IMG/VR virus record: IMGVR_UViG_3300034812_000685
Length of the DNA: 64,000 nucleotides
Strand: one strand, 5' to 3'
From: an uncultured virus (IMG/VR IMGVR_UViG_3300034812_000685)
Lineage: Duplodnaviria; Heunggongvirae; Uroviricota; Caudoviricetes
Shown: in pieces, positions 39,126 through 49,109 of the stretch
How positions within the stretch are numbered: the stretch's first letter is position 1
Layout of the letters: each line of letters opens with the position of its first letter
Made by a program: the position numbers and the translations under genes
Notes under the pieces: model-generated
What the model saw: the letters and a program-made list of their open reading frames with translations, nothing else
What the model was told of the DNA's origin: nothing
Database searches by the model: none

Positions 39126-39467
39126 ATGGCACAAGCAACTGTTTCTGGAACTGTTGTCTGCAAAGAGGGCCAGAGCCCAGTTACTCTTCGGGAGTTGACT
39201 CCCAGCTACAAGGTCGCTGAGTTTAGCGTTCGGGACACTGAGTATTTCTACTATAAAGGCGACGATAAGCCCGGACAGTTCTACTCGGTGCAAGTCACAG
39301 GCAAGCAGGCTGAATTCCTTTCGGATCGCATTGAGCGTGGCGACTTTGTGTCTGTAACAGGCCAGCTTGTGCAGCGTGTCTGGAAAGACAAGGTTTACCT
39401 GGACGTAAAAGATGCTCGGGTCAACCAACCTTATAAAGACACTGCATCCAGCAGTTCGCCGTTTTGA
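39126..39467 (+). CDS. ssb: single-stranded DNA-binding protein
   Basis: OB-fold pattern GKQAEFLSDRIERGDFVSVTGQL and C-terminal PF. Confidence 0.85.
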   Translation: MAQATVSGTVVCKEGQSPVTLRELTPSYKVAEFSVRDTEYFYYKGDDKPGQFYSVQVTGKQAEFLSDRIERGDFVSVTGQLVQRVWKDKVYLDVKDARVNQPYKDTASSSSPF

Positions 39468-39470
39468 ATC

Positions 39471-39495
39471 AAGGCCTCCTTCGGGAGGCTTTTTT
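39471..39495 (+). terminator. intrinsic terminator
   Basis: GCCTCC-TTCG-GGAGGC followed by a T run. Confidence 0.85.
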
Positions 39496-39500
39496 ACTAT

Positions 39501-39941
39501 TTGGAATTATTTACTAAAGGATTTGACTTGATGGATCTTAAGGAATCGATTGCTTGCCCAAGTTCAATTGGGTTGCTTCATGATGTCACGCCGCAATTGA
39601 CCTTTGCGAATGTAAGAGCGTTTGTGTGGGCGATTCTTTTGTATCAGGGGCACATCAGCATTTCTGACGCACTCGGGTCAATTACACCTGTTTGCGGTAC
39701 CTGGGAATTGCGAACTGACTGGCAAGACTGCTCTGAAGAAGCTTGTGACATTACACGAGCACAATGGCTGGTCGAGCAAGTTATTGGCGACATGACTGCT
39801 TCTGGCATATTAATTTACAGGGTCGATACAGATGATTGGGAGCTGACAACTGGTGAGAATCACAAGTATCTACACGAAATCATCAAGGCTGTCTCGGGTC
39901 TTAATGCAAGCCTTCCTAACAATATCAAGATGAGTATCTAA
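39501..39941 (+). CDS. hypothetical protein
   Basis: ORF coupled to the downstream gene; start uncertain. Confidence 0.55.
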   Translation: MELFTKGFDLMDLKESIACPSSIGLLHDVTPQLTFANVRAFVWAILLYQGHISISDALGSITPVCGTWELRTDWQDCSEEACDITRAQWLVEQVIGDMTASGILIYRVDTDDWELTTGENHKYLHEIIKAVSGLNASLPNNIKMSI

Positions 39942-40198
39942 TGAGAATACTGAAAGATGGCACTATAAAATCCAAGCCTTCAGCAATTAAAGCAGCAGAG
40001 TGGATGAATCAAAAGCCATTGCCTATGCGATCTTTTCGCAAAGGTGAAGAGGTTTTTGTATATATGGGTGCCGGCTGGGAAAAAGGAAAAGTTTTATACT
40101 GGCAAAAAGAAGGTGTATCTGTTTGGTTATTTAGAAAGCAACAGCAAAGAGTGGTCCGCGACAACCGAAACATCAAAACACCATCAGAGAAAAAATGA
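39941..40198 (+). CDS. hypothetical protein (SH3/KOW-like)
   Basis: FRKGEEVFV...WEKGKVL pattern. Confidence 0.55.
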   Translation: MRILKDGTIKSKPSAIKAAEWMNQKPLPMRSFRKGEEVFVYMGAGWEKGKVLYWQKEGVSVWLFRKQQQRVVRDNRNIKTPSEKK

Positions 40199-40488
40199 AC
40201 AACGATCAGATTGACAATCCGTCACACTACGCTGCAGGACGCAAGGTCCAACCTATAGATGCAATAGAGGATTGGGAACTTGGTTTTAATCTTGGTAATG
40301 TGGTCAAGTATGTTAGCCGAGCTGGAAGAAAAGGTGATTGTCCAGTAAGTGATTTAAAGAAAGCTGCCTGGTACCTGGAACGTGAAATCAAAATGCACAA
40401 AAAACTTAAATCACTTGTTCAGCATGGCTCAGATCTTCATGACGAGGTAGTCCGGTACTACGGCGAGACGTTGGATCGGTATTCTTGA
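40195..40488 (+). CDS. DUF3310 family protein
   Basis: DQIDNPSHY...FNLGNVVKYVSRAGRK...DLKKAAWYLEREI. Confidence 0.88.
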   Translation: MNNDQIDNPSHYAAGRKVQPIDAIEDWELGFNLGNVVKYVSRAGRKGDCPVSDLKKAAWYLEREIKMHKKLKSLVQHGSDLHDEVVRYYGETLDRYS

Positions 40489-40505
40489 CAAGACGCTTTT
40501 AAAGG

Positions 40506-40877
40506 TTGGATACCATTAACTGCTACGACTTGGTCGTAAACATGCCTTTGTTCTCGAAGGCTCGGCCGCGTGTTACCAGCAAGGGCACATTTATGCCGAA
40601 GGCGTATAAAGATAAGCAAAAGGAGATGAAGCGGCAGCTCAAGGAACAGTGGCACCAGGAACCATTGCAAGGGCCTTTGCGTCTTGTTCTAAATATCCAG
40701 GGTGAAGCTAGAGCTGATGCAGACAATATTATTGGTGCGTTGATGGACAGTGCAAATGGTTTGCTATGGGTAGACGACAGGGTATCAATCATTCCTGAGA
40801 TTGAGGTTCGCTGGGTCAAGAGCAGTCAAAAGGATTCAAGGTGGTCGATTACCATCTGCGAGCTAATTCCTTTTTGA
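40506..40877 (+). CDS. rusA: RusA-like Holliday junction resolvase
   Basis: SKARPR, DADNII..LMD..NG..WVDD. Confidence 0.85.
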   Translation: MDTINCYDLVVNMPLFSKARPRVTSKGTFMPKAYKDKQKEMKRQLKEQWHQEPLQGPLRLVLNIQGEARADADNIIGALMDSANGLLWVDDRVSIIPEIEVRWVKSSQKDSRWSITICELIPF

Positions 40878-40916
40878 TTTTGGTCGTTACACTTTCATTA
40901 CAGCGCTTGTTATGAC

Positions 40917-41762
40917 GTGGCTACTGTTTGCTATAACCAGCCCGACCACAAGTATCGGAATGAGAACGGTGTCAACCAGTCAAGCCTAAAAAAGATCCTA
41001 GATAGCCCTGCTCATTACAAAGCGGCATTAACAAACAAATTTATTCCGACTCCAGCGATGGAGATGGGTACTGCTCTGCACGCGATTGCGCTTGATGGGG
41101 AAGAAGCTTTTGACGCACAATATATTCGCAAACCAGACGGCCTCAACCTTTCCACAAAAGAAGGCAAGGCATGGAAAGCCGAAGTGGGCAAGAAAAAGGT
41201 CCTTAACTGCGGCGGCAAAGATGACCCCTGGGGGTCTGTGATTGGAATGTACAAGTCACTGCAGAGGCTTGATTGGTTTGACCCTACGCAGCCTGATTAC
41301 ATTAAACACAATGAGGTTTCGATCTATTGGGAATGGAGTGGCGTTCCCTGCAAAGCTCGGCTAGATCGTGTCCTAATTGACGAAGGCATTGTCCTTGACC
41401 TTAAGACCACTGACTCCGTAGAGCCTGAAATTTTCACCAAAAAGGTTGTGGGACTTGGCTACGACTTTCAAGCGGCTTTTTATGCAAAGGCGGCTGAGGT
41501 TGCCTTCGGAAAACCCTTTCGATTTATCTTTGCTGCTGTAGAAAGGAAGGCCCCTTATACGGTCGATTTGTTTGAAGTCGATAAGCACATGATGGAAGAA
41601 GCTTTGCGAAAGTGTGATTCTGCTATGTACATCTACAACATGTGCTCTGACCTTGGAAATTGGCCAAATCGTGAGCCAAAACTTAGGACTCTTACCTATC
41701 CTGGTTGGTATAAGCAGTTTAAATTTCCGCCTGGATTTGCCTACGAGCCGGACCCTTTTTGA
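40917..41762 (+). CDS. PD-(D/E)xK exonuclease (RecE/Exo VIII, DUF3799-like)
   Basis: SSLKKILDSPAHY, GTALH, CKARLD...DLKTT, YDFQAAFY. Confidence 0.88.
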   Translation: MATVCYNQPDHKYRNENGVNQSSLKKILDSPAHYKAALTNKFIPTPAMEMGTALHAIALDGEEAFDAQYIRKPDGLNLSTKEGKAWKAEVGKKKVLNCGGKDDPWGSVIGMYKSLQRLDWFDPTQPDYIKHNEVSIYWEWSGVPCKARLDRVLIDEGIVLDLKTTDSVEPEIFTKKVVGLGYDFQAAFYAKAAEVAFGKPFRFIFAAVERKAPYTVDLFEVDKHMMEEALRKCDSAMYIYNMCSDLGNWPNREPKLRTLTYPGWYKQFKFPPGFAYEPDPF

Positions 41763-42424
41763 TGTGCCAAACTTCAATGAATAAAGAACGTCACAGCGCC
41801 CATCTTGTAAGCATTACGCCTGATGCTGAAAAGCAAATCGTTTACATGGCACGGGTATCCAATCCGAAAAATCAGGGCAACCATGAAACATCTGCCAAGC
41901 TCATTAAGTATTTGATTAAGCACAAGCATTGGAGTCCATTTGAAATGGCAACCATGCAAGTTGAGATCAATACAACTCGTGCAATCGCAGCACAAGTACT
42001 TAGGCATCGTAGCTTTTCGTACCAGGAGTTTTCTCAAAGGTATTCATCTGTTGATCAGCTTGGTGCTGTAGGCATGCCTTACCTGCGTCGACAAGACAAC
42101 AAAAACAAGCAGGCTAGTCATGATGATCTCGATCCAGAGATGAAAGGGTTGATGGAGTTGCAGATCCAGCAGCTTTACAACGCTTCTTTTGACTATTACG
42201 AGTACTTGTTGTCAAAAGGTGTCGCTAAGGAATGCGCTCGCAGCATCCTGCCCCTGGGAACACCGACACGTCTTTACATGTCTGGCAGCATCCGTTCTTG
42301 GATTCATTACGTACAGATTCGAGCTGGTATTGAAACCCAACTTGAGCATCGGATGATTGCCCAGGACGTAAAAGAAATTCTGCGCAAAAACCTTCCTGCT
42401 GTTTACGAAGCATCTTTTTGCTGA
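41759..42424 (+). CDS. thyX: flavin-dependent thymidylate synthase
   Basis: HWSPFE and QVLRHRSFSYQEFSQRY ThyX signature; start may be 41777. Confidence 0.96.
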   Translation: MMCQTSMNKERHSAHLVSITPDAEKQIVYMARVSNPKNQGNHETSAKLIKYLIKHKHWSPFEMATMQVEINTTRAIAAQVLRHRSFSYQEFSQRYSSVDQLGAVGMPYLRRQDNKNKQASHDDLDPEMKGLMELQIQQLYNASFDYYEYLLSKGVAKECARSILPLGTPTRLYMSGSIRSWIHYVQIRAGIETQLEHRMIAQDVKEILRKNLPAVYEASFC

Positions 42425-42425
42425 A

Positions 42426-42938
42426 ATGAGTGACCAGATTCCTGCCGGCCACAAGAAATGCACTAAGTGTAAAAACGTTTTGCCTTTAGATAATTTTTAT
42501 ACAGAGAAAAGAGCAAAAGATGGTAAGTCGAGCCATTGCAAACCTTGCGTGAGTAGACGAGAGAGAGAAAACAGGAAAGAAAACAGGGCAGCCAAAAATT
42601 TATCTTATTACAGTCAGAGAAGAGCTAAATTAAAAAATAAAGGATGTACCGATAGAAATTTAACAGCAGAAACTATTATGGCATTAGAAATATTATCTAA
42701 TGGAGTTTGCGATTTGAGTGGGCAAAAAATAAAAAATCTCGTTGTTGATCATGACCATGATACTGGCCTGATTAGAGGGATATTAGAAAGCCAAGTAAAT
42801 TTAATGATCGGACATATTGAAAATGCAAGCAAGCTTGGATTTTGCAAGCCTACTGGCGCGGTGGCAGAATATCTTGCTAACCCTCCTGCGCAAAAACTCA
42901 TTAAACAAATGAATGCCTTTGAGGAAGACTTCGAATGA
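42426..42938 (+). CDS. endonuclease VII-like (His-Me) nuclease, possible homing endonuclease
   Basis: CTKC...CKPC zinc finger and VDHDHDTGLIRGIL; AT-rich. Confidence 0.8.
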   Translation: MSDQIPAGHKKCTKCKNVLPLDNFYTEKRAKDGKSSHCKPCVSRRERENRKENRAAKNLSYYSQRRAKLKNKGCTDRNLTAETIMALEILSNGVCDLSGQKIKNLVVDHDHDTGLIRGILESQVNLMIGHIENASKLGFCKPTGAVAEYLANPPAQKLIKQMNAFEEDFE

Positions 42939-42967
42939 TAGGTAAAAATTCTTTGATTAATAGAGTA

Positions 42968-43102
42968 ATGCCAGCAAGATGGTGTCCTGAATGCAACACC
43001 CTTAAGCTTGCTGAGTACTTTATCAGCGAAGAAGATGACCATAGTTTTGTAGACGTCTGTCTTGACTGCCGTAGAAAGAAAAGGGGCGAATCGGCACACT
43101 AA
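42968..43102 (+). CDS. small CxxC-CxxC peptide (44 aa, not in ORF track)
   Basis: MPARWCPEC...VCLDCRRKK fills the gap before the small terminase gene. Confidence 0.45.
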   Translation: MPARWCPECNTLKLAEYFISEEDDHSFVDVCLDCRRKKRGESAH

Positions 43103-43111
43103 CCAGACGAG

Positions 43112-43750
43112 ATGTCAGTTATGTCAAGTGATCCCAACTCCTGGAAGGAGTACAAAGCAAAAGTTGCACCAGGTCCCATCTGGGCGCATACAAGGGGTTA
43201 CGTAGTTGCAGAAGCTGGCAGACATGAATCCGCAGAGCAATATCGTGCATTTCAGTTTTACATGAACTCCGGCGGCAACAGAACGATCACTGCCACTGCA
43301 GAATTTACCGGGCATGGAGTCATGACCTTGTCAGGCTGGCATAAGAAGTACAACTGGGAGCGCAGAGCTGCAGCCTTTGACAAGCAACAGCTGACATTGG
43401 CTTTTAAGGAAGCAAACAAGATCGAACGAAACAAGCACAGAGATGCCATCAAAGAGTTTCGTGAGGCCAATGAGGAGCAGGCAAAACTGATGATGGGTGT
43501 CAGCTCCGATCTGATGAACATTATTCAAAAACGTATTGCCAAAGCTGAGGCAGAAGGGGAAGACATTCCCATGGGTCTGGTTTCAGGGCTGATGCGTGCA
43601 GCTGCAAATATCAGCGATTCCGGCAGGCAAGCCTGGGCAACGTCTCTTGGTGTCAATGAATTGATGCAGGTTGTTGAGACAGAGCTTGAAGAAGCCCGTC
43701 AAGAACTCGAAGAGGTTGATGTGTACGAAATCCCTTTGGATGAAGACTGA
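43112..43750 (+). CDS. terminase small subunit (putative)
   Basis: ES..QYRAFQFY...W.KKYNWERRAAAFD motif; stop overlaps the TerL start; the start may be 43121. Confidence 0.7.
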   Translation: MSVMSSDPNSWKEYKAKVAPGPIWAHTRGYVVAEAGRHESAEQYRAFQFYMNSGGNRTITATAEFTGHGVMTLSGWHKKYNWERRAAAFDKQQLTLAFKEANKIERNKHRDAIKEFREANEEQAKLMMGVSSDLMNIIQKRIAKAEAEGEDIPMGLVSGLMRAAANISDSGRQAWATSLGVNELMQVVETELEEARQELEEVDVYEIPLDED

Positions 43751-45267
43751 TGGCTGCCAAACTAGGTCGTGATTATCTCGAAAGGGCTGCCCAGGGGCAA
43801 GATCTTGTCAAGGCAGTAAAGGCCAAAAAGGCCGACAAAGGCCCTGGCAAAGATGTTGTCTTTTGGAAATTCATCCGGAAAGTTTTTCCTCAATACAAGT
43901 TTTACAAGTTTCATGCAGAGGTCATTAAACAGCTCCAAAAAGTCATCACAGGCGAATGCAAGCGGCTCATCTTACAAGTCCCACCGAGACACGGAAAATC
44001 TCTTCTTGCGTCACAGCTTCTTCCTGCTGCTTACCTGTTGGCTCATCCTGATCGCTTCGTCGGAGTCAGTTCTTATTCAGCAGAACTTGCAGAAGGATTC
44101 AGTCGTAAAGCCAGAGAGTTTTACAGAGAAGGTGGAGGCCTTTTAAATCCGACCTCACAGGCGGTCAATGCCTGGGGTACTGAATCAGGTGGCGGGCTAT
44201 GGGCTGCAGGTGTTGGGGGCGCAATCACGGGCCGATCAGGTCATTTGCTGATTATTGATGACCCAGTCAAAAACAGAGAAGATGCAGAATCAGATCGACT
44301 TATGCAAAAACTTAATGACTGGTATACATCAACTCTGTACACACGACTCGAGCCACATGTAGGTTCGATTGTTGTCATTCAAACCCGATGGTCCGAAAAC
44401 GACATGATCGGGCAGCTGCTGGAGAATGAGAAGAACGTCAGCGAAAAGGGCAGAGAAAACTGGACGATTGTTGACTTGCCGGCTCTGTATGAAGATGCCG
44501 ATAGCAGGCCTTTGTTGCCTGAACATTGTGAGGTGATACCTGACTGGCGGGAAGAGGAAAATCAGGCGCTTTGCCCTCAGCGCTATGACACAGATGACCT
44601 GGAAAGAATACGGGAGGCAGTCGGCTCACGAGACTTTGCGTCTCTGTACCAGCAGCGACCAGCACCTGAGGGCGGTAACCTTTTCGATCCAACTTGGTGG
44701 CAATATTACAACTGGGATACAGATCTACCTGAGTTCCAGCGAATAATGCTTTCAGTTGACTGTACGTTTACTGATGCAAAAAAGAGCGACTATGTAGTAG
44801 GTACTGTCGTAGGCCAGGCTGGCAATACGTTCTACGTACTGGATCTGGTGCGTGAGAAGCTTGATGTGATTGGAACAATGGCCATGATGGCCAGGATGTA
44901 TAAACGTCATGCACTTTCAGGAACGGTCATTGAGCTTGCGGCTTCTGGATATGCGGTGTATCAGATGATGAGCAAAAAGGTTCCTGGGTTGATTGGCTTT
45001 AGGCCTGAGAAGAGTAAAACAGCGAGAGCATCAGGTATTGTGCCATTAGTTGAAGCTGGTAATGTTTTCTTGCCCGCGAGTGCTAGTTGGCTAGATGCAT
45101 TTTTAAATGAGTTTGCATTGTTTCCCGCTTCTAAAAATGATGACATGGTCGATAGTTTGACTATGGCTATTAACTATTGCAGTCAAAGAACAGCGCCACA
45201 AATGACAGAAGTTACTTGGGGTCGTGGCAACAGACCACTACCGAATGGGAAAATTAATACCTGGTAG
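43750..45267 (+). CDS. terL: terminase large subunit
   Basis: Walker A PPRHGKS, Walker B LIIDDP, IQTRW, nuclease DDMVD. Confidence 0.95.
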   Translation: MAAKLGRDYLERAAQGQDLVKAVKAKKADKGPGKDVVFWKFIRKVFPQYKFYKFHAEVIKQLQKVITGECKRLILQVPPRHGKSLLASQLLPAAYLLAHPDRFVGVSSYSAELAEGFSRKAREFYREGGGLLNPTSQAVNAWGTESGGGLWAAGVGGAITGRSGHLLIIDDPVKNREDAESDRLMQKLNDWYTSTLYTRLEPHVGSIVVIQTRWSENDMIGQLLENEKNVSEKGRENWTIVDLPALYEDADSRPLLPEHCEVIPDWREEENQALCPQRYDTDDLERIREAVGSRDFASLYQQRPAPEGGNLFDPTWWQYYNWDTDLPEFQRIMLSVDCTFTDAKKSDYVVGTVVGQAGNTFYVLDLVREKLDVIGTMAMMARMYKRHALSGTVIELAASGYAVYQMMSKKVPGLIGFRPEKSKTARASGIVPLVEAGNVFLPASASWLDAFLNEFALFPASKNDDMVDSLTMAINYCSQRTAPQMTEVTWGRGNRPLPNGKINTW

Positions 45268-45291
45268 ACTTAAAAAAGTTGCAACATATTG

Positions 45292-46020
45292 GTGGCACGT
45301 AAAACTAAAAAATTTACGATGTCTCCAGAGCAGCAAAGACTTGCATCTGAAAATTTAAATCTTGCACGTCGTGAAGCATGGAGGATACAAAGGTCGACTG
45401 GTATTGACTATCAAACCCTGGAATCAGTTGCTTTTGAAGGATTGTGCAAGGCTGCATACAGGTACGACCCCGAAAGGCCACATCCAATAACAGGTAAAAG
45501 CATGAAGTTTTCAAGCTTAGCTATACCTACGATACGAGGCGAGCTATTGCACTGGGTTAGGGATAAAACATATTCAATAAGACTTAGTCACAAAATGAGA
45601 GAGAACTGGGTCAAGGGCAGGAAGCTGCTGTACAGGGGATCATCTGACCTTGAAATTGCTGCAGAGCTTGGTATTTCCAAGGAAGAGTGGATAGAAGTTA
45701 GAAAAGTTTGCTCAGGACCACCATTGGAGTTAAAGGAACAAGCCAAACCGACAGAAGCACTGGAACCTGACGAAGTAAACTTTGCTGACATGTATATCGA
45801 CAATGCTGTAAAGGCAATTCAAGCAAATGGAGATGAGCAAATTTTAAAAGATCTTGAAATTTATTTGACTGGAGTTGGGAACGTAATACCTAAAAAGCAA
45901 ATTAACAGACTGCTGCTATTAGCTGGCTGTGAAGAGACCGACTGGTCTGATGAGGACATAGATTTGATTAATGGTTGGGAAGAAATTGGCAACGGAAGAT
46001 TGCAGGGAAATCTGTTTTGA
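45292..46020 (+). CDS. alternative sigma factor (SigF/SigB-like)
   Basis: ENLNLAR..A, GLCKAAYRYDP, KFSSLAIPTIRGELLHWVRDK..SIRL, EIAAELGIS.EEW. Confidence 0.88.
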   Translation: MARKTKKFTMSPEQQRLASENLNLARREAWRIQRSTGIDYQTLESVAFEGLCKAAYRYDPERPHPITGKSMKFSSLAIPTIRGELLHWVRDKTYSIRLSHKMRENWVKGRKLLYRGSSDLEIAAELGISKEEWIEVRKVCSGPPLELKEQAKPTEALEPDEVNFADMYIDNAVKAIQANGDEQILKDLEIYLTGVGNVIPKKQINRLLLLAGCEETDWSDEDIDLINGWEEIGNGRLQGNLF

Positions 46021-46032
46021 TTACCATGGCGC

Positions 46033-47634
46033 ATGGGGATTTCACAGAAGACTCTTCAGCGCCTCAAGGACGTCTCTTTGGCAGATGTCATACAGGCTTG
46101 CGGGAGCACTCTTAAAAAAGCCGGCAGAGAGTATCAGACCCATTGCCTGTGGCATGACGACAAACGGCCATCGCTGAATGTTGTTGAGGACAAAGGATTT
46201 ATGTTTTGCCCGGTGTGTCACGCCAGGGCAGATGCGATTGATTATGTAGGGCAGAAGTTTGGACTGGAGTGGCGCGATGCTGTTGAGAAGACGGCAGATC
46301 TTTGTGGTATTGCTGTTGAGCTTGATGGCGTCGATCCAGAAGTTGCTGCGAAGCAAAGGGAGGAAAGGCGCAATGACATCAAAAAATTAGAACTTCAACA
46401 ATCAACTTTTAAAAAGAACATTAAGGATCCACGGGCTGAGCGAATACGTCAAATCCTTGTAAACAGGGGTTTCGGCCCTGATTCTGCAAATGAATTTGGG
46501 ATTGGATTCTGTGCTGAAGGCTTCTTTGCAGGTCGAATTACAATCCCGATCTATAATCATCGCAATGAACTTGTAGGGTTTACTGGCAGGACAACAACAG
46601 ACGATCAACCTAAGTATAAAAACTCATACGAAAGTGATTTATTTATAAAAAAGAATATCGTCTTTAACGAAGTCAGGGCAAAGGTCGCCGCTCGTGAGGC
46701 TAATAGTTTGATCTTTGTTGAAGGCCATCTAGATGTCGTGTCAATGTGGCAACAGGGCATCAAAAATGTAGTGGCCTTGCAAGGTACTGGCGCTCCAGAG
46801 ACCTTAGTATTAAAACGCTTAGCAAAAGCAGCCAGTAATTTTGTCCTTTGTTTCGACGGAGATCAAGGTGGCAAAAAGGCCGTTGAATTATTCATATCTG
46901 CAGCAGGTCCGATGGCGATGTCCGGTGAAATCTCCATTAATGTTGCCACACTGCCGAGTGGTTCTGATCCAGATGAAGTCATCAAAACTGGCGGCAACTT
47001 ATACAACTACATTGCAAATGCACCTAACTGGCTTGATTGGGTTATTGATGAATGGGTTAAAGATCTTGATAAGACCGACACTAAACAGGTGACACTGGTC
47101 GAGAAAAAGCTTAAAGATTTAATTAATGGCCTGCGATCAAATGCCCTTAGGACTCATTACATTGATCGTGCAGCTCGAATGTTGGCAAAGAGCAACAAAG
47201 ACGCTGAAAAGATTGCAAAGACATGGAGTTCTCAATGGGACAACTTATTTGTATCTGACTGGAAGCCAAGGACTGCAACCGAAATTAGGACTGCTGCTGA
47301 AAAAAGAATGCTCCGAATATACGTACATAAGCCTCAACACCGAGGAAGACTAAAAAAGCTTATGAGCGCAGTACACAACCCCGCATTAAGGTGGTTAGTG
47401 GTACGACTTAGTGAGCTTGAGGAATACAGCTCAACAGATTTAACACCTCACAGCGTGATGGCGGTTGTCTGTGTAGCTGAACCTCACTTTGTACAACAAC
47501 TTAGGTCTGTGGTATGTCCAACAATTCATCTTGACGATACCGAAGGTGTGCTGCTGCACATCGAAAAAATCTTAGGTCAAGAAGTAATTGCTTCTGACTT
47601 GCTGCCACAAAGCGAACCATCCCAAACAAACTGA
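46033..47634 (+). CDS. dnaG: DNA primase
   Basis: CHC2 zinc finger, FAGRITIPI, KYKNS, TOPRIM VEGHLDV...FDGDQGG. Confidence 0.95.
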   Translation: MGISQKTLQRLKDVSLADVIQACGSTLKKAGREYQTHCLWHDDKRPSLNVVEDKGFMFCPVCHARADAIDYVGQKFGLEWRDAVEKTADLCGIAVELDGVDPEVAAKQREERRNDIKKLELQQSTFKKNIKDPRAERIRQILVNRGFGPDSANEFGIGFCAEGFFAGRITIPIYNHRNELVGFTGRTTTDDQPKYKNSYESDLFIKKNIVFNEVRAKVAAREANSLIFVEGHLDVVSMWQQGIKNVVALQGTGAPETLVLKRLAKAASNFVLCFDGDQGGKKAVELFISAAGPMAMSGEISINVATLPSGSDPDEVIKTGGNLYNYIANAPNWLDWVIDEWVKDLDKTDTKQVTLVEKKLKDLINGLRSNALRTHYIDRAARMLAKSNKDAEKIAKTWSSQWDNLFVSDWKPRTATEIRTAAEKRMLRIYVHKPQHRGRLKKLMSAVHNPALRWLVVRLSELEEYSSTDLTPHSVMAVVCVAEPHFVQQLRSVVCPTIHLDDTEGVLLHIEKILGQEVIASDLLPQSEPSQTN

Positions 47635-47635
47635 A

Positions 47636-47833
47636 ATGACTGCAACCATCCATACTCTGCCCCAATGCCCCTGGTGCGTACGGGCCAAAAAGCTTTTGGA
47701 TCTAAAAGGAATTACCTACGAAGAGGTGGACGGTAAGTCACCAGATTGGAAAACTGTTCCGTACATCCAGATTGATGGTGAACCCATTGGAGGCTTTACT
47801 GAACTGACTTCTTATCTGCGTAGTTTGATTTAA
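47636..47833 (+). CDS. glutaredoxin
   Basis: CPWC active site, TVP and IGGF motifs; ATG at 47636. Confidence 0.92.
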   Translation: MTATIHTLPQCPWCVRAKKLLDLKGITYEEVDGKSPDWKTVPYIQIDGEPIGGFTELTSYLRSLI

Positions 47834-47838
47834 ACTGT

Positions 47839-48465
47839 ATGGACTCAAAGCTTTTCTGTGTGCCAGCTGCTGTAATTTTTACAATCTGCTTTTATGGCTT
47901 TGGCATTGCCAAGGTCATTTGTACAGATACAAAAAACAGAGAATTGCTCACAAAAATTAGGCCACTAGGTGACTTGATAGCTTCTGGCGAAGGTGACTAT
48001 GGTTCAGTTAATCGCGGCAGAGCAGGAGATACACCTGGAGGCCTTGAGTCCATCACTGGAAAACCACATAGTGCGACAACCATTAAAGAGATTACTGATT
48101 TGCAACGCAATAAGATCTTTGCTGTTGGCAGGTATCAGTTCATTCCATCCACTATGCAGGTTGCACTGAAGCATTCATGCATACATAACAATGATTTATT
48201 TACGAAAGAAACGCAAGAGAAGTTGTTTGCAGTATTGATATTTCACAAAAGGCCATTAGTAGGTGGTTACATCAAAGGTGAGCATGATGACTTGAGCCTT
48301 GCGGGCCGTGAACTTGCCAAAGAGTTTGCTGCTGTTGAATATAAATCAGGTCGCGGGTTTTATGACGGAATACACGGCAACAAAGCCAAAATAACACAGA
48401 GCCAAGTTCGCAAGGCTCTTATTCATTTGAGGAAATCTTGGCGAGTCTCTGAGGTTAAGTCATGA
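47839..48465 (+). CDS. lysozyme/lytic transglycosylase-like endolysin with N-terminal hydrophobic anchor
   Basis: IASGEG.Y, AVGRYQFIPST, F..ETQEKL, LAKEFAA. Confidence 0.75.
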   Translation: MDSKLFCVPAAVIFTICFYGFGIAKVICTDTKNRELLTKIRPLGDLIASGEGDYGSVNRGRAGDTPGGLESITGKPHSATTIKEITDLQRNKIFAVGRYQFIPSTMQVALKHSCIHNNDLFTKETQEKLFAVLIFHKRPLVGGYIKGEHDDLSLAGRELAKEFAAVEYKSGRGFYDGIHGNKAKITQSQVRKALIHLRKSWRVSEVKS

Positions 48466-48930
48466 ACTCTGCAATCCAAGGGATTATGAAACGCTTCATA
48501 GTTACCTATAAGATTAGTACAACAGAGGGCTTGACAGAAACAATGCTTGTCAGTAGTAAAGATATCTTTTCTGCAGTGGCAGAAGCCCAAGAGTTATTGC
48601 ATCAAGATTGTGTAATTACAACCATCACAGATCATGATTGACGATTCTTTTTCTCAAGTATTTGTTTTTAACTACGTGCTGTTGATGTCGGTGACAATTT
48701 TAATAGTATTAATACCTAATGAGTTTATTAGTGTGATCACACTAGTCTATTTAAAAATTAATCTTTTCTTTTTAAATTACAAAATGAAGTGGATGGCTTG
48801 GTGTCAGTACAGGCAACTGGTACGCCTGTTAAGAAAAGCTGACTCAAAAACTATTCCCAGTTTTAAATTTGTCAACCTATGGGAGAGGAATGACAACAGT
48901 TGATACACTTTCTTTAGATCGTGTTATTTC

Positions 48931-49074
48931 ATGTACAAGATTTCCTCCAACCATCTACATCGCGACGGCCATGTCATGGGCAAGCGCAACAAGGCAACTT
49001 CGATCGGGAACGGTCGTCGTAAGCGCAGCTCTTTGAAAGGCAAAAAACCTTACCGGGGTCAAGGTCGCCGCTGA
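48931..49074 (+). CDS. small basic peptide ending KKPYRGQGRR (47 aa, not in ORF track)
   Basis: Hand translation MYKISSNH...KATSIGNGRRKRSSLKGKKPYRGQGRR. Confidence 0.6.
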   Translation: MYKISSNHLHRDGHVMGKRNKATSIGNGRRKRSSLKGKKPYRGQGRR

Positions 49075-49109
49075 TGGGTTGTAAACGCTGTTCACTCTGT
49101 CGAGGGACC

